A stretch of DNA of 63,603 nucleotides, counting the filler, from Reticulomyxa filosa (lineage: Eukaryota > Protista > Foraminifera), in assembly GCA_000512085.1 (NCBI GenBank). It is 20 parts of 20 records of this genome, joined end to end, with 100 filler letters (N's around TTAATTAATTAA, not from the genome) between each part and the next. Parts side by side here need not be neighbours in the genome. Positions count along the whole stretch, not along the records: positions 25,830 to 26,907 come from ASPP01045342.1; positions 27,008 to 35,075 come from ASPP01015014.1; positions 35,176 to 37,534 come from ASPP01007936.1; 17 more parts are not named here. One strand, given 5' to 3'. Below, piece by piece: positions 26,037 to 37,534 of this stretch. Position 1 is the stretch's first letter, and each line of letters begins with the position of its first letter. The translations under genes were made by a program, and so were the position numbers. A model generated the notes under the pieces. That model did no database searches, was not told the DNA's origin, and worked only from the letters and a program-made list of their open reading frames with translations.

Positions 26037-26402
26037 TCAATGCCATGAGTTCTTGATCAGTGATGTGGTCCGAGCCAATATTTGATCCACTCCGGAACGA
26101 TTCTCGAATTTCCAGTTTCTGTTTCTCTGGATCAAACTTTTCAATTTCGTTTCGTCTGCAAAGATGCCGCGTTCAGGTAACGTGTCAAAGATTATATCGC
26201 TGTTGGCGCTGCCATCGTGAACGTTCAAGGACCACTCATCCAATTCAATTCCAATAACGTTGCCATTGACAAAAGGAGGATAACCAATGAATTTGATGAC
26301 ACATGTCGCTCCTCCATTGACGAGAACTATGCGACTGCCGGGTTCAAATTGTCTCAATTGGAAGGTCGCATTGGAGGTCTTCGGGTGCACTGGCGTCACC
26401 AA
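26037..26402 (-). pseudogene. Degenerate CAP-Gly domain fragment
   Basis: GSRIVL..GATCVIKFIG..F..GNVIGIELDEWS.NVHDG..IF....RGIF; the upstream frame is interrupted by stops. Confidence 0.6.
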
Positions 26403-27007
26403 AGGGACAACTATTTGAGAAATGGAGCCTCTTCGCGTGAAATGGCCACGATATGCGTTGGCTTCAAAATCTTTCTTTCATCGCAATGTGCCATTACGTC
26501 CATGTGCACAACTCCAAACTGATGGTTTCTCCAATTTACTTCGCCAATCCTGCTTTCACTCGAGATAACTCCACGTAGTTCCAATATTGAATTGGATTTT
26601 TGGCTATGGCGCTTGCGGAAGTGGTGTTATCTCGACTTCGTTATCGAAATCGTTATTATTGTTGCCGCCAGTTTGCTTTCTATCATCAAAACAATAACCA
26701 AATACTTTTTTTTCTAAAAGCAAATAAACAAATCACACCACTTGTCCTAGATTTTCTACAACGAGGTTGGAAGCGCACTAATGCAACAAGATGAAATTGA
26801 AACAAGACAATATATAAATTGAAAATAACTTTGAAATAAGTCTTTCCTCGTACAATTCTGTCGGCTGCGTTAGGATACCAACTATCCAACTCATTTCCAA
26901 TAAGTTTNNNNNNNNNNNNNNNNNNNNNNNNNNNNNNNNNNNNNNNNNNNNTTAATTAATTAANNNNNNNNNNNNNNNNNNNNNNNNNNNNNNNNNNNNN
27001 NNNNNNN

Positions 27008-30000
27008 TTTTTTTTTTTTTTTGAGAGAGCAACATTCAACGATATTGAGAATAAGATGGCATATGATCTATGTAACTTTATCGCTGCATAAACTGATGTG
27101 ATGAAGTCTGCAGATTCCAATAGGTCGGCATAGCAGGGCCATGTCCACGCCATGCATCTTGCCTGACACTGGGAACAGGCGGATGGATTAAGGGTGGGGA
27201 CTGCGTAAGGCTCTGCGCACGATGCAATGTTTGAAGATAATTGTGATAGGATTCGCTCGAACGTTCAATGATTTGCGACGACGATTTCTTTGGAAGATTG
27301 GAAAGAGAGGAGGATTTGGTCGAAAACATCACATTGGGGGAATCCATACTGGAAAAGGAAGCACTCAGCACATTTGTGTTTTTTGCTGCCGCATCTCTCA
27401 TAGAAATTTTATATTGTTCCTGGATTTTGGAAATGGTATGCATATCCGCCATGTCTGCGACATTGGTATGAAAATTTCGACTGGGTTGATAATTTGGTAC
27501 ATTAGTAATCACGGTTGACAATTTTTCTTTTCCATTGTTATTACCATTGACAATGTCGTCGTTGTCGTCGTCGTCAATATCATTGTCACTGTTATCATCA
27601 TTGTCATCGTCATTATCATTATTAGCATTATTATTACCGCTTTGATCCTCGTTACATTTTGCATTCCTATTGGCTGTCGCCAACAGTGGTTTGTCCATTT
27701 TCGGACTTTGTTTTTGTACCTGTGTCCGGTCGATCAAGGACAGCACATTTCTACGCTCATCAGGATTTTGGAGAGACAGAAACTGCGAATTTTCGGAAAT
27801 GATTTCCAAGCCCTCTTTCATATGACTCTCTTTGTCCAAAGTTGCTGTTTTGTGCGATAATACGTGTGTTGCAGTTGCATGCGTTTTCGAGGATAAGGTG
27901 ACCATCGGATGCATTTTGTGCAATAGCTCGGACGGATACGATCGGGTTTGCGTTATATTTGGCTGCAGTGAATAGTCGTTGGTAGTGGTGTTGTTCGCGG
28001 CGTGGACATTGTAAAGGGAATATGGTTGCGGGAGGTCCATTCTTTGGAAGCTTACGTTTGATTGTCCATGCTTCAGTTCTTGATCTCGTTCAAGCGACAC
28101 TGGAAAAACTGATCGATCGGTTGCATGCGTCCCAAAGTGATTGACGAGATTCGGATTGTAGTAACTGTGGAGCGGGGAACATATCGCATTTGTCGACGGA
28201 GTAAAGGCTCTGACTGGCGTGGATGCTTTGTTATTTTCGTACAGCTCGTGGTCGTACAAAGCATGGACGTGTGGATTGTTTGACAGTGGCTTTGGATTGT
28301 TCACGGAAGATGACAAAGAGGAGGAAGGGGGAGGGGGCGGCGAGTCTGGTGCTCGATTAGGGGTGTGAAGGAACTCTTGGTACTCGAGGTCATTTTGAGC
28401 AGGGGAATATATTTCATCACTCAACAACACTAATCCTGCAAACCCTTCCACAAGTCCACGTTGCTCGTCGTACTCTATCAAATCCTCTGTCTGCGAATGC
28501 AACAAACTATATACATGGTCGATGTCACCAACGGCCATGCCCGAGTGCACAAATTTCCCACATTCAAATGAATCCCGAAACAGGAATGCCACTTTTTTCA
28601 CCAATTTCCAGTAATACTCTTTCCATCCACCTTGTCCTTTTTATTACATACGTATAACATTTATTTTTATATACTTATGTATGTATATAATCCTTAATAC
28701 ACAATGGTGTACATTGCGTTATTGTATGTACTACGTATACATATATAAGGTATGTATACATTCAAAAGTGTTTGATGGCAAGAGACATTTAACCGTGATG
28801 GATCCAAGTTTTAAAGGTCCGCAAGTCTCGTCGTTGAAATTCGTCCAGATACTCTGCCTGTGACGCCCATCGGAAATGTAAGGGTGGATCAAAGCGGGTG
28901 GACAGAAGGCAATAATTATCTTTGGACACTGCAAAGGCAATTCGTGAAAACGGAATTCGCCGAATTCCGCCATACGTGGTGTCTGTGTCCAACCACGACA
29001 AATCCTTTTCTGCAGTTAATCCTTGCGACGATGGAGACTGTGACCATTTCATCAGCCGTTTTACAAGTGCTTCCATTTCCTCAAATTTCTTTTCTGATTC
29101 TGTTATCTTCCTTTTTTTTTTTTAAAAAAAAAAATTTTATACGTATTTTTTTAATGGTAACAGCAACAAAAAAAAAGCGACAATATAAAAAAAAAAAAAC
29201 AAACTTTGGATAGACAATGTTAATTCATTGAGTTGATAATAAAGACACTCATCCAAAAACTTGGTTAAAAATTGCAAACGATCTTGCATGGCAGGGGCGA
29301 TCTTTGCCAGCCACAATTGAACCCAAGATAACTGGTTTTGCGATACACAGCGCAAAGCGGTGGCATAATTTGGGCTCATTGTATTATTGTGGTTGTAATT
29401 ATAATTATAATTATAATTGTAATTGGTATTGGAATAAAGCCCAGCTTTTAAAGGATTGGACCATTGCTCATTGCAGCGGAACATGTCATACATGTCCATT
29501 TCATACCTCAAGCTGTCGTCGTAATATGTGTCCGTTTGAATGTATTCCAACACTTTCCGGAACATCTTCGGACAGCGATCGATAAAATACTTATTGTTTC
29601 CCATCCTTATTATCGAACTCGTATCGCCCCATGTGGCATTGTCTCCATTTGCTTCATTTTTCTTTGTTTCCGTCGTTTCTAACGTGTTCGCGCTTACGTC
29701 TTCATTCGATTGCTCTCTACATGTATACAAATAGATGAAATAATTTGACACGTGTTGTTTTTTTTTTATAGTATACGTAAAATGTTTACTTGTTTTTAAA
29801 AATGTACACCCTTTTTTTTTTTTAATAAAAAAAAAAAAAAAGATATAGATTGAAAATCGCAAATACACAAACCTTAAGTCGCTATGGGTGTGAACATAAT
29901 TTACCAAATTTCCTTTGCTTCCATTGACAAAGGCTCGCTTTTGATGGCCGATACTCTTGCTAATGTCGTGCTCCTCAAAAAATTTTGCAAAGAGCTGCGA

Positions 30001-30534
30001 TCTTTTAATGAGGTTATGTTTGGACACACAAAAAGTATCTTGTCCCAATTGCAGCACAATGACTTGGTTTTCCTTATCGATGCCGTAATGTCTTCGGCTG
30101 TTGACAACGATACGCACATTGCCATTAGTGTGGTTGACTTTGGCACTTTCATGGTGATTGCCATCGGCGCATGTTCCGAGGGCTTTCGTCCCGTTGGACG
30201 AAAAGCAGTTCTCTGCATATTTGTCACTCATGTTGCGACTTTGCTTCACTGCGTCCCTTTCATGCTCGTCGACACGGCTGAACAACTCGTCTCGGGTTAC
30301 ACTTGTATTTGATACCGCTGCATCCAATGGCAATAGTCGAGAACCGGTGTTGTCGTGGCTGCTCTCAATATATTCCACTGACGAATTGACCGTGTGTGGC
30401 GAATGCGCACCACTCAACGGAGAGTTTCCTGAATGTACTCCGTTTTCAATGCTCTCATCATCATTCTCTATTACATTCAATTTCATATTATTTGGAACTG
30501 AAATTCCGCTTTCACTTGTCGTTATTCCAAACAT
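27008..30534 (-). CDS. BTB/POZ (T1/KCTD-like) domain protein, multi-exon, with a long low-complexity C-terminal part
   Basis: IVLQLGQDTFCVSKHNL..SQLFAKFF, YFIDRCPKMFRKVLEYIQT, FLDECLYYQLNEL; in-frame GT-AG introns such as 29111-29204. Confidence 0.7.
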
Positions 30535-31067
30535 CTCTAAAAATAGCCTGGTAGATTTTTGCTTTTTTTTAAAACATACGCCCCTTTTTTCTGCAAAGTG
30601 AGAGAATATAGCAATACGTGTCACACCGTGTTTTGTTGACTATTTGCATTTGAGAAACTAATGCTAGCCAGTGCTTTCTAATTTATTATGCACGCTCAAA
30701 TATGTTGTAGGCACATGATAATGTGCAAATAAACTTGAAATTCTCAATGTAGTCATACCACATCGGATAGACAAGTTTCTCATAGTTTCCTGAGAAAATG
30801 AAACGTGCAGGCAAGGTCTTTTTTTTTCGAGACAGTGCGGTCATGCAAGTCCATTTTACAAAAATTGAAAAAAAAAAAGAGGTTTCTATTGTTATAGAAT
30901 TGGAACAACCAGTCAGTTTTGTTTTTCACAAAACCTCAGCAACTGGAAAGCATTTGAATCAGACAAAATTTTTTTTTTTCAAATTTCCAACCAAAAAACG
31001 TTTCCATTACTTCCATCAAATTGACATTTCACAAACAAAAAAAATCTAAACAACATCTCAAAATTCT

Positions 31068-34000
31068 TTACACGGTTCGTTTTTCTCCCCATCCTGCGAC
31101 AGCTCGAGTCTTGTCCTCCTCTGTCAATTTAGTCTTGTGAGGATTATAGAATGGTGCCTGTGGTTTGTATGTTACATGATTAAATTTTATAAAAATAGAG
31201 AAGTAAAAAAAACAAAACAGCACAAGAGACACAAAGAGTACAAACCATTAAATCATTCAAATTGTTTGAATGATCCAAGCCCAAGGCATGTCCAGTTTCA
31301 TGCAAAGCCGTATGATACAAAGAGATGGCGGGTTGACCTCGGATCCAAGTTTGTGGATCGTCCAAGGAGGACACATCGGTAGTGGCTTCCAACTTTTCAT
31401 CGACTCCAATAACCCATCGCTCGGCGCTGTCAAAGGTGACAAAGCCATTGCCCCCTTCTCCCAAGACGCCACCATTGCCATCAAATCGCAGAACATTTTT
31501 CTGATGCAGAGTATGATCGCTCCATTCATACCAAATATCAGCAGCGGATGACTTTTCGTCACTGCTGTCAATATACGTCATCGTTATGTCACAAGCATCA
31601 GCCCATTGCTCGGTTGCCATTTGAATGCACCACACGACTTTTTCACGATTCAAATAACCAGGAGACACCCCTTTATATTTATAAATATATATGTATTTAT
31701 ATTTATATATTTATTTTAATATATATATTTATATATACACATATATATAAATTTTTATACAAATGCTATAAGTCAAATTAGTTTTTTCTCCATAATCAAC
31801 GGCCAAGGACTGTTCATCTTTCATATCATTGTTGGAAAAGCCATCGACGTTAGAGCATCGTTTCGCATTGGTCATAGTTTTTTTGGTGACGGCATCGCCC
31901 AAACCGGTGATTTCCAAGCCGCTTGCCTTTTGAAAGTTCTTGACGGCCTGTTCGGTGACAGGGCCAAAGTCTCCGTCAATTTCGTCGTTGTAGTAACCAA
32001 AGCGTTTCAAATAGCGTTGCATGGCCGCCACTTCCTCGCTGGTCTGAGACTGGCGGTTGGCTTGGTTCAGCTCGCTTTGTCTGTCTTCAAATAGCGAGCC
32101 TGTCAACAGAGGCGTCGGCAATGGCGTGGCGGCAATGTCCAGAAACACCTCTTCTTCGTTTGTCGTTTCAAGCAACAACACTTTCACCGCGGCCTTGTAA
32201 CGCGACAATTGCAATTCTCTCAGTTTATGCGATACGTCAATGACAATGTCATAAGGGTCGCGCGTAGTGCAGTTTTCGCATTCTGCGCCGCGGCCAAAGA
32301 TACTTCGCGACCCGGCGTAGTTGGGATGATGCAGCGCCTCGTCGATCGTGGTCGGTGTCTTAAACTCGTTTTCGCTCTCTTTCGCAACGATGAACACGTG
32401 GATTTGGTAACACTTTGACTCAAATTGGTCCACACGCACCTGTGGGAACACCACCAACTGCGGAAGTTCACGCAATTGTGCTGGAGCTATTGTTTCCCAT
32501 TTCAATGCAAATTTCAAACATTGTTTTGTAATTCATTGTGTATGTGTACGTATACGTTGTTATGTATATGTTGTCATGTGTTTGTGTGTATACTACTACA
32601 CTTCCAAAAAAATTATAATAGTTTGTTTTTTTTTTTTTGTTTTTTTTTTTACAGCTTCCTCAAACCTTTGTTTATCTTTCAATCGTTTCTTGTGTTTTTT
32701 TTTTAAAAAAAAAAAAAAAAACAGACAATGGAAAAAAAAGTCAACATACGTTGGCTTGGGATTTTGTCGTATTTGTAGTTCAAATGCGCTGTGTGGAACG
32801 TGTCGATTGGGTAATAACTACTTCCGTCCTCTTTTTTGAAAGGCTCCAATGGCAGACTATTTTGTCACCCATTTTTTTAAAAAAATGCGCGGAATTTTCG
32901 CAACACAAAAACAAAAAAAAAAAAAAAATCTCTCACTCGTAAAGGTCTTTCTCAGCATGCTGTTGATGTTTTTCGAACTCCTCTTGACTGTCTGAATTGG
33001 ATTGCAAAAATCCTGCGTAGATGCGATCGATATTGCAGTGGTGCTTTGATATTTCATATTTCATATTTCGTGTTTTATGAGCAATAAGTTTGTATTTCAT
33101 CATTTCATTTGTGTTTAAAAATTAATGTTTTCGCAAAAAAAAAAAAGGGGGTGCGATTTGCTTACCAGCCAAAACACAACGTCAAAAGCGGCAACACCGA
33201 CATTGCCCATTTGTCCACCATTGCCACCGACAATGCCATGGATAGAATTATGTGGAGACTCGACAGGAGGATATGACGATGCCCATTCATTTCCCGTTGA
33301 CGCATGCATAAAGTGTTGCGACTATTGAAAAAAAAAAAAATAAAGTATTAAAAAAAGTATGTAAAAAAAAAAAAAAAAAACATGTTTATTACAAAAGCTA
33401 CAGTTAATAAAAAAACAGGGAACGTCCACCCCCTTTTTTTTTTTTTTTTTTTTTTGAAAAGCGCTCAACTGATAACAAACAATCGGAAGCTTCTTGAGGG
33501 ACCTGATACGACAAGATGGACTTTGCGATTTGTTTGTCATCTGCCCTTTTGAGTTTTTGGATCTTAAAATCGGTTGGGAAGAGATCTTTGGGCCATTCAC
33601 TGAAGCGCTTTCGAATAATGGCCGGCAATCCTTGTTCAGGATGTAGTGTCCAATCCCAGTAAGGTAAAAAGATGTTGCCATCTCTTCCAAGAGCTCGATC
33701 TGCTGCTTGCAATGCTTTTTCGAATTCTCGCAGGTACACACGATGCCAACCTTTCCAATCCAATCCAATCCCCGTCCTCTCTCTTTCATTATTCTTCAAC
33801 CACATGTTCCCACATCAAAATAAAATAAAAATAAAAAAAAACAAACCAGGGAATGTCTCTTTTCCGTGAGCACAATAGTACGGTCCTGGCAAACCATGAT
33901 ATCCAGCCAATCGAAAGTATTCGCTTGTCCCTGGTCCCGACTTGTTTTCGCACATTTTCAAAATTGCATCCATCCAACGGTTTTGCTCGCTTTCGCTCAT

Positions 34001-34180
34001 CGAACGGATCTCGTGACGGATTATCAGGTTATCTGCTATTTTTTCTTCCGTTTCTTCCGTACCTCCACTAACGCCCACCGAGGTTTTCGTCAGGCTTTTT
34101 TTGTTATTGTTTGTTTGTTTATATCTTGTCAGGTGGTGAGGATTTATTTTTATCTCAATGATATGGACAATTAGTTGTTC

Positions 34181-34211
<31 letters not shown>

Positions 34212-34831
34212 CTCGTGTATACGTATACTTCCTCCCACTTACTGGTCAGTTGGTGTAGTTACGTTTGAAACATCGCTTTTGGCTTGTGTAGCTGTAGTTT
34301 CTTCCTTTTTTGCTGCAGTGGTTCTATTTTTTTTTATTTTTTTTTTCCCACCAAAAAAAAAAATTAAAATGTACATTTGATAGCAATTTTTTTCCGTCTT
34401 AACTCTTGTGGTTCAACTGATTTTGGCTGCACATCAACTTCAGTGTCCTGCTCTACTTTTATTTGCTCTTCAGCAGGCTGTGGTGATTCCTTTGCTTCTG
34501 CTTCCTTTGTATCTGCTTCCTTTGTATCTGCTCCCTTTGATACTGTTTCCCCAGATACAATCTCCCCAGATACTGTTTCTCCAGGCACTGTCTCCTTTGC
34601 TTCAGTCTCTGCTGGCTTTGTTTCCTTTGATTCTGTTTCCTTGACTTCGGCCTCGACTGTTTTCGTTGCCGGCTCAGTTGGCTGTGTTTGGTTTTGTGCT
34701 GGTTCCTTTTCTTGGGCTTTCGTTTCAGGTTCTGCTTTTGGCAACGTTTCTACTTTTGGTGAAGTCTCTGCTGTTGGAGACTCTATTGTCTTTTCAGCTG
34801 GTTGCTGAGCTCCAGACAAGCACTGTCCCAT
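31068..34831 (-). CDS. Tyrosinase / PG-binding-like MMP prodomain / M10 matrixin fusion protein (about 882 aa, N-myristoylation motif)
   Basis: Exons 34831-34404, 34323-34243, 34094-33847, 33750-33470, 33321-33166, 33043-32937, 32856-32750, 32486-31761, 31670-31246, 31157-31068, all GT-AG and phase-consistent (2649 nt). CuA: YHG..CAHG..FPGWHR; LPYWDW; CuB: ESPHNSIH..AAFDVVFWLHHCNIDR; LNYKYD; CENC; GYY..DGDFGPVT.QAVKNFQ..GL..TG..D; KRCSNVD; HETGHALGLDH..LMAPFY. Confidence 0.88.
34488..34602 (-). repeat. 15-bp coding tandem repeats (GETVS-type and KEADT-type pentapeptides) in the acidic N-terminal spacer
   Basis: KETVP GETVS GEIVS GETVS KGADT KEADT KEAEA KE. Confidence 0.8.
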
Positions 34832-35175
34832 ATTTTTAAAGAAAAACTTTCAATGGAGTGAATCCAACTAAAAAAAAATATATATAATCTAATTTGAGAG
34901 TTTAAAAAAACTGAAAACTTTGAAGGAAAACAATTAAATTAAGACTTTCGATTTGTCGATTAATTCTTACTAAATATGTTTACATAAAAAGCAAGTGTAT
35001 ACATTTGAAGCAAAACTTTATTGTACCTCACTTTCAAAAGTTTTTGTGGTGCGAGAAAAGAACAGTTTTCTTATTNNNNNNNNNNNNNNNNNNNNNNNNN
35101 NNNNNNNNNNNNNNNNNNNTTAATTAATTAANNNNNNNNNNNNNNNNNNNNNNNNNNNNNNNNNNNNNNNNNNNN

Positions 35176-37250
35176 AAAAAAAAATACGTTGTTTCGTTCT
35201 TTTTCCAATTTTCGATAAGTATCAACAATCTTGACACAGTGTTCATCATTTCGTAAGTCTTTATCGACAATCAGTTGTTTGGTCTTTACAAATGTTTATT
35301 GATTGTGTGTCATATAGAAAATGTAGAGTAAATTTTTTTAATTAATTAATTTTATTTATTATTTTTTTTTTTTAAAAAAAAAAAACTTCAAATTTTGTAA
35401 TGGGAAAGGTGGCTCTTCTTTGGCCAAGGTCTAATTCAACACCTTTGACTTTGCCATCTTTGCAAAGAATTCTTGTGATTTTGGCATCACTTGCTGTGTC
35501 TTGATATCCAATGTAAATAACTTTTTGTTCTTGATGCATCTTTTTTAAAAAAAATATCAAGTTGTGTGGGGATTTGTATAAATATATTTTTCAAATTATA
35601 TGTTTAAATTATATTTAAAAAAAAAAAAAAATGATATGCAAAAATCAAACCTCAGTTTGTTTACAAAGTTCGACATATCCTTTGACAACGCCATTGATAG
35701 TTTTCTCAAGTTGACTTTGACCAATCATTTCAGGTTTGCTGTGCAAGCCACTTGTGAATGTGCGATAATTGCTGTTGATGCATCGTCCCACTTTCACATT
35801 GTCACCACTACCGCTGTTTATCTCTTTGCCTTCATTTTCAATGCCACTTTCATTCTCATTTTCATTTTCTCCTGTCAATGGTTGCACAGGTTCCCATATG
35901 TTTTTATCGTTTCGAAACCACATCAAATCGGACTTTTTTTTTTTTTATGTGCGCATGCATTATTCATATATATGTAATAAATTTATAAATTTTATATAAA
36001 CATATACACCATATATAAAAATTTGGATCCAATCAAAAAAAAAAAAATAAAAGTGCGAAATAACGTACTTTTTTTTTTTCTCATCTTCTTATGTTATGTG
36101 TCATAAACAAAAATTATTAATATACATATATTTATATATTTATATATATATATATATTATGTTAACTTCAAATCCTTCAGTAAGTGAATGTACGATTCTG
36201 TCAGTGAAAACAATGCAGTCTTTACACACACGTTCGTTGTCCACTTTGTGTGGTAAACATGAACTACAAAGCAACTTGCCGCTGTACATTTTGTGTTAAT
36301 TGCAAATAAAATAAGATAGATTTATTTATATACATAGACATATATATTACATCGTTTATATACATATATAAATATTCAAAACCATTTTCGGCAATGATGC
36401 TTTCTCGTTATTACACCAAACGAATTCTTGCAGGAAGAGCAATGTGACGCGTCATCTTTTGCCCAATTCACGTGAGTGCTAAGTAAGACAAAAGATGTTT
36501 TGTTTACTTTTTACTTTAAAACAAAGTACTTCTTTGTATAGACACACCTGCTGAGAGCCCAATCCTTGTTCATTCAAGATGGAATGCTCAGTTTATTAGT
36601 TTTGTCTTGAGAGACCCTTTGTATTTTACTAGAACTGGAAAAAAAAGCTAAAACAAACAAACAAATATTTATTTATTTGTTTATTGTTATAATTATAAAA
36701 AATTTCAATCCCAACATATCAAAGAGCATTTATCTAAATCACACGTACACGCCCAACAACATGTACAAAGACTCTCTTTTTCACAACGACATCACGCAAA
36801 ACTATGCATGATAAAAATTCTCAATTTATAAATACTTTTATAATACTTCTATGTCTACATACATTGTTTTTGCAACATTTGTTATCTTTCTGATGAAGTA
36901 CATTTTCAGATTTTTTTCTTACGTAGTCATTTCATTGTGTAAGAGGCAACGGACTTATGCAAAAAAGAAATTTTCTTTTATAGCATTTCTTCAGATTTTT
37001 GATATTTGAATTTCTTATTGACGAATCGATTTTCTTAATCACATTTACTTGCAACGATTGTCTTAGCAAAGCAATTGAAAATGATATATTAGCATTATAC
37101 CAATTTGCTGTTTGTATTTTTTTTCACAATTTTCATTACAATTTCTTGTTGTTTTCCAATAACAATATTTTCTTGTCATAATATGCTTTTATTTCTTGAA
37201 AGAGCATTTTAAATTTTTCACATTCATCAATTTTGAATTCTAGTCCTTAT
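35176..37250 (-). CDS. FYVE zinc-finger protein (many short exons; FYVE at about 36215-36468), 3'-truncated, 5' boundary uncertain
   Basis: Spliced WAKDDASHCSSCKNSFGVITRKHHCRK|CGKLLCSSC..ERVCKDC has the canonical WxxD, RKHHCR and RVC motifs; it is not visible in the ORF track. Confidence 0.8.
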
Positions 37251-37486
37251 TTTAATTTAATTTTTTTTCAAAGAACAAAAACTAATACATCAAGAAAAAT
37301 ACAAAATTACATTTGATCAAATAATTAGTTTATAAAAAAAAACAATTGAAAATGGACTATTTGATCGATTTTATTTGCGACTATAGTCTCTTAATAGCCA
37401 CACAATCTGCACGTCAAACAAGCAAAAAAAAATTTTTGAAAGTTAAAGTTTTGTGTATATAAATTCTGAACATTGCAAAAATTGGA

Positions 37487-37534
37487 GTTGGAACCGAAAG
37501 GGTTTGAATTCCGGGTTTTTAAAAAACCCGGAAT
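37487..37534. other. Second untrimmed 454 FLX linker/hairpin adaptor (artefact)
   Basis: Same sequence as 2815-2861 with one extra A in a homopolymer; at a contig end. Confidence 0.9.

Noticed and set aside
27008-34831. BTB gene lying in tandem downstream of the tyrosinase-MMP gene as a possible functional cluster
   Set aside because: Simple adjacency in a gene-dense eukaryotic contig; there is no evidence of linkage without synteny data.
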